Source: Myxococcota bacterium
GTDB taxonomy: Bacteria; Myxococcota_A; UBA9160; UBA4427
DNA: 56,096 bases
Assembly (NCBI GenBank): GCA_046583195.1
Contig: JAYGCV010000090.1
Coordinates: forward strand, 1-56,096
Direction: 5' to 3'
Each line of letters begins with the position of its first letter. The stretch's first letter is position 1. The position numbers and the translations under genes were made by a program. Shown one piece after another: positions 55,624-56,096 of this stretch. Under the pieces are notes generated by a model. That model made no database searches. It saw nothing but the letters and a program-made list of their open reading frames with translations, and was not told the DNA's origin.

Positions 55624-56096
55624 ATGCCCTCCCGCCCCCTTCACAACGCGCTGCTTACGGCTCTCTTGCCGGTCGTTCTCGGTCTCGGCGGCTGCTCGGA
55701 CCGGGGCGAACCCGCGACCTGGGGCGTCGGCAGCGACGCCCATGCGAGTGATCTGGTCGCGCCGGTGTCGGCGGAAGAGCCCCTGTGGCGGGACGGAGGC
55801 GTTGGCCCGGTGCCGGCTGGGCTTCCCGATTTTGCGACTTTGGCCGCAAACGCTTCGCCCGCGGTGGTCAATGTGAAGGCGTTGCGCACCGTTGACTCGA
55901 GGATGCCCCCCGGCATGGAGGAGTTTTTGGAGCGGGGCCCGTTTGGGGGTCGATTGTTTCCTGGTTTTGAGCGACCGGGTCGTCGTGCGTTCAAGGTGCC
56001 GAGCCTGGGGAGCGGATTTGTAATTTCGTCGGATGGATACATCGTGACGAACAACCACGTGGTGGAAGACGTGGACGAGATCGTGGTGGTATTTGC
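55624..56096 (+). CDS. HtrA/DegP (Do family) serine protease, lipoprotein-like N-terminus (3' partial)
   Basis: Read manually (absent from the ORF track): MPSRPLHNALL..LGGC, LPDFATLA..PAVVNV and SLGSGFVISSDGYIVTNNHVV. Confidence 0.92.
   Translation, partial: MPSRPLHNALLTALLPVVLGLGGCSDRGEPATWGVGSDAHASDLVAPVSAEEPLWRDGGVGPVPAGLPDFATLAANASPAVVNVKALRTVDSRMPPGMEEFLERGPFGGRLFPGFERPGRRAFKVPSLGSGFVISSDGYIVTNNHVVEDVDEIVVVF

Overview
High-GC bacterial window from a diderm, LPS-making organism (kdsB, Mla/MCE transporter, lipoproteins). The overall gene content is consistent with a Myxococcota/deltaproteobacteria-like lineage, but this is inference only. It contains a six-gene alternative complex III operon (actA-F), housekeeping blocks (priA-def-fmt-rsmB-rpe; ffs-dnaX-ybaB-recR; greA; kdsB; PPi-PFK), three tRNAs (Asn-GTT, Pro-CGG, Ser-CGA) and SRP RNA. 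Lipid-transport genes are numerous: DUF1302-like, DUF1329-like, MMPL, LolA-like, a heterodimeric ABC exporter and MlaE/F/D with a PqiC-like lipoprotein. The most notable observations are: (1) a GAF-PP2C-RsbW kinase/phosphatase fusion and a phosphorylatable STAS gene directly coupled to the Mla/MCE transporter operon; (2) an adjacent mycobacterial-type FadE26/FadE27, P450 and acyl-CoA ligase locus with an exact KstR-consensus operator; (3) an acyl-CoA ligase lacking a canonical start and in frame with the upstream P450 stop; (4) a two-copy REPIN-like palindrome with tandem-expanded ends; (5) a candidate structured sRNA or 14-aa peptide; (6) a metal-site-dead MBL-fold protein. Family calls come from motif recognition, not database searches.
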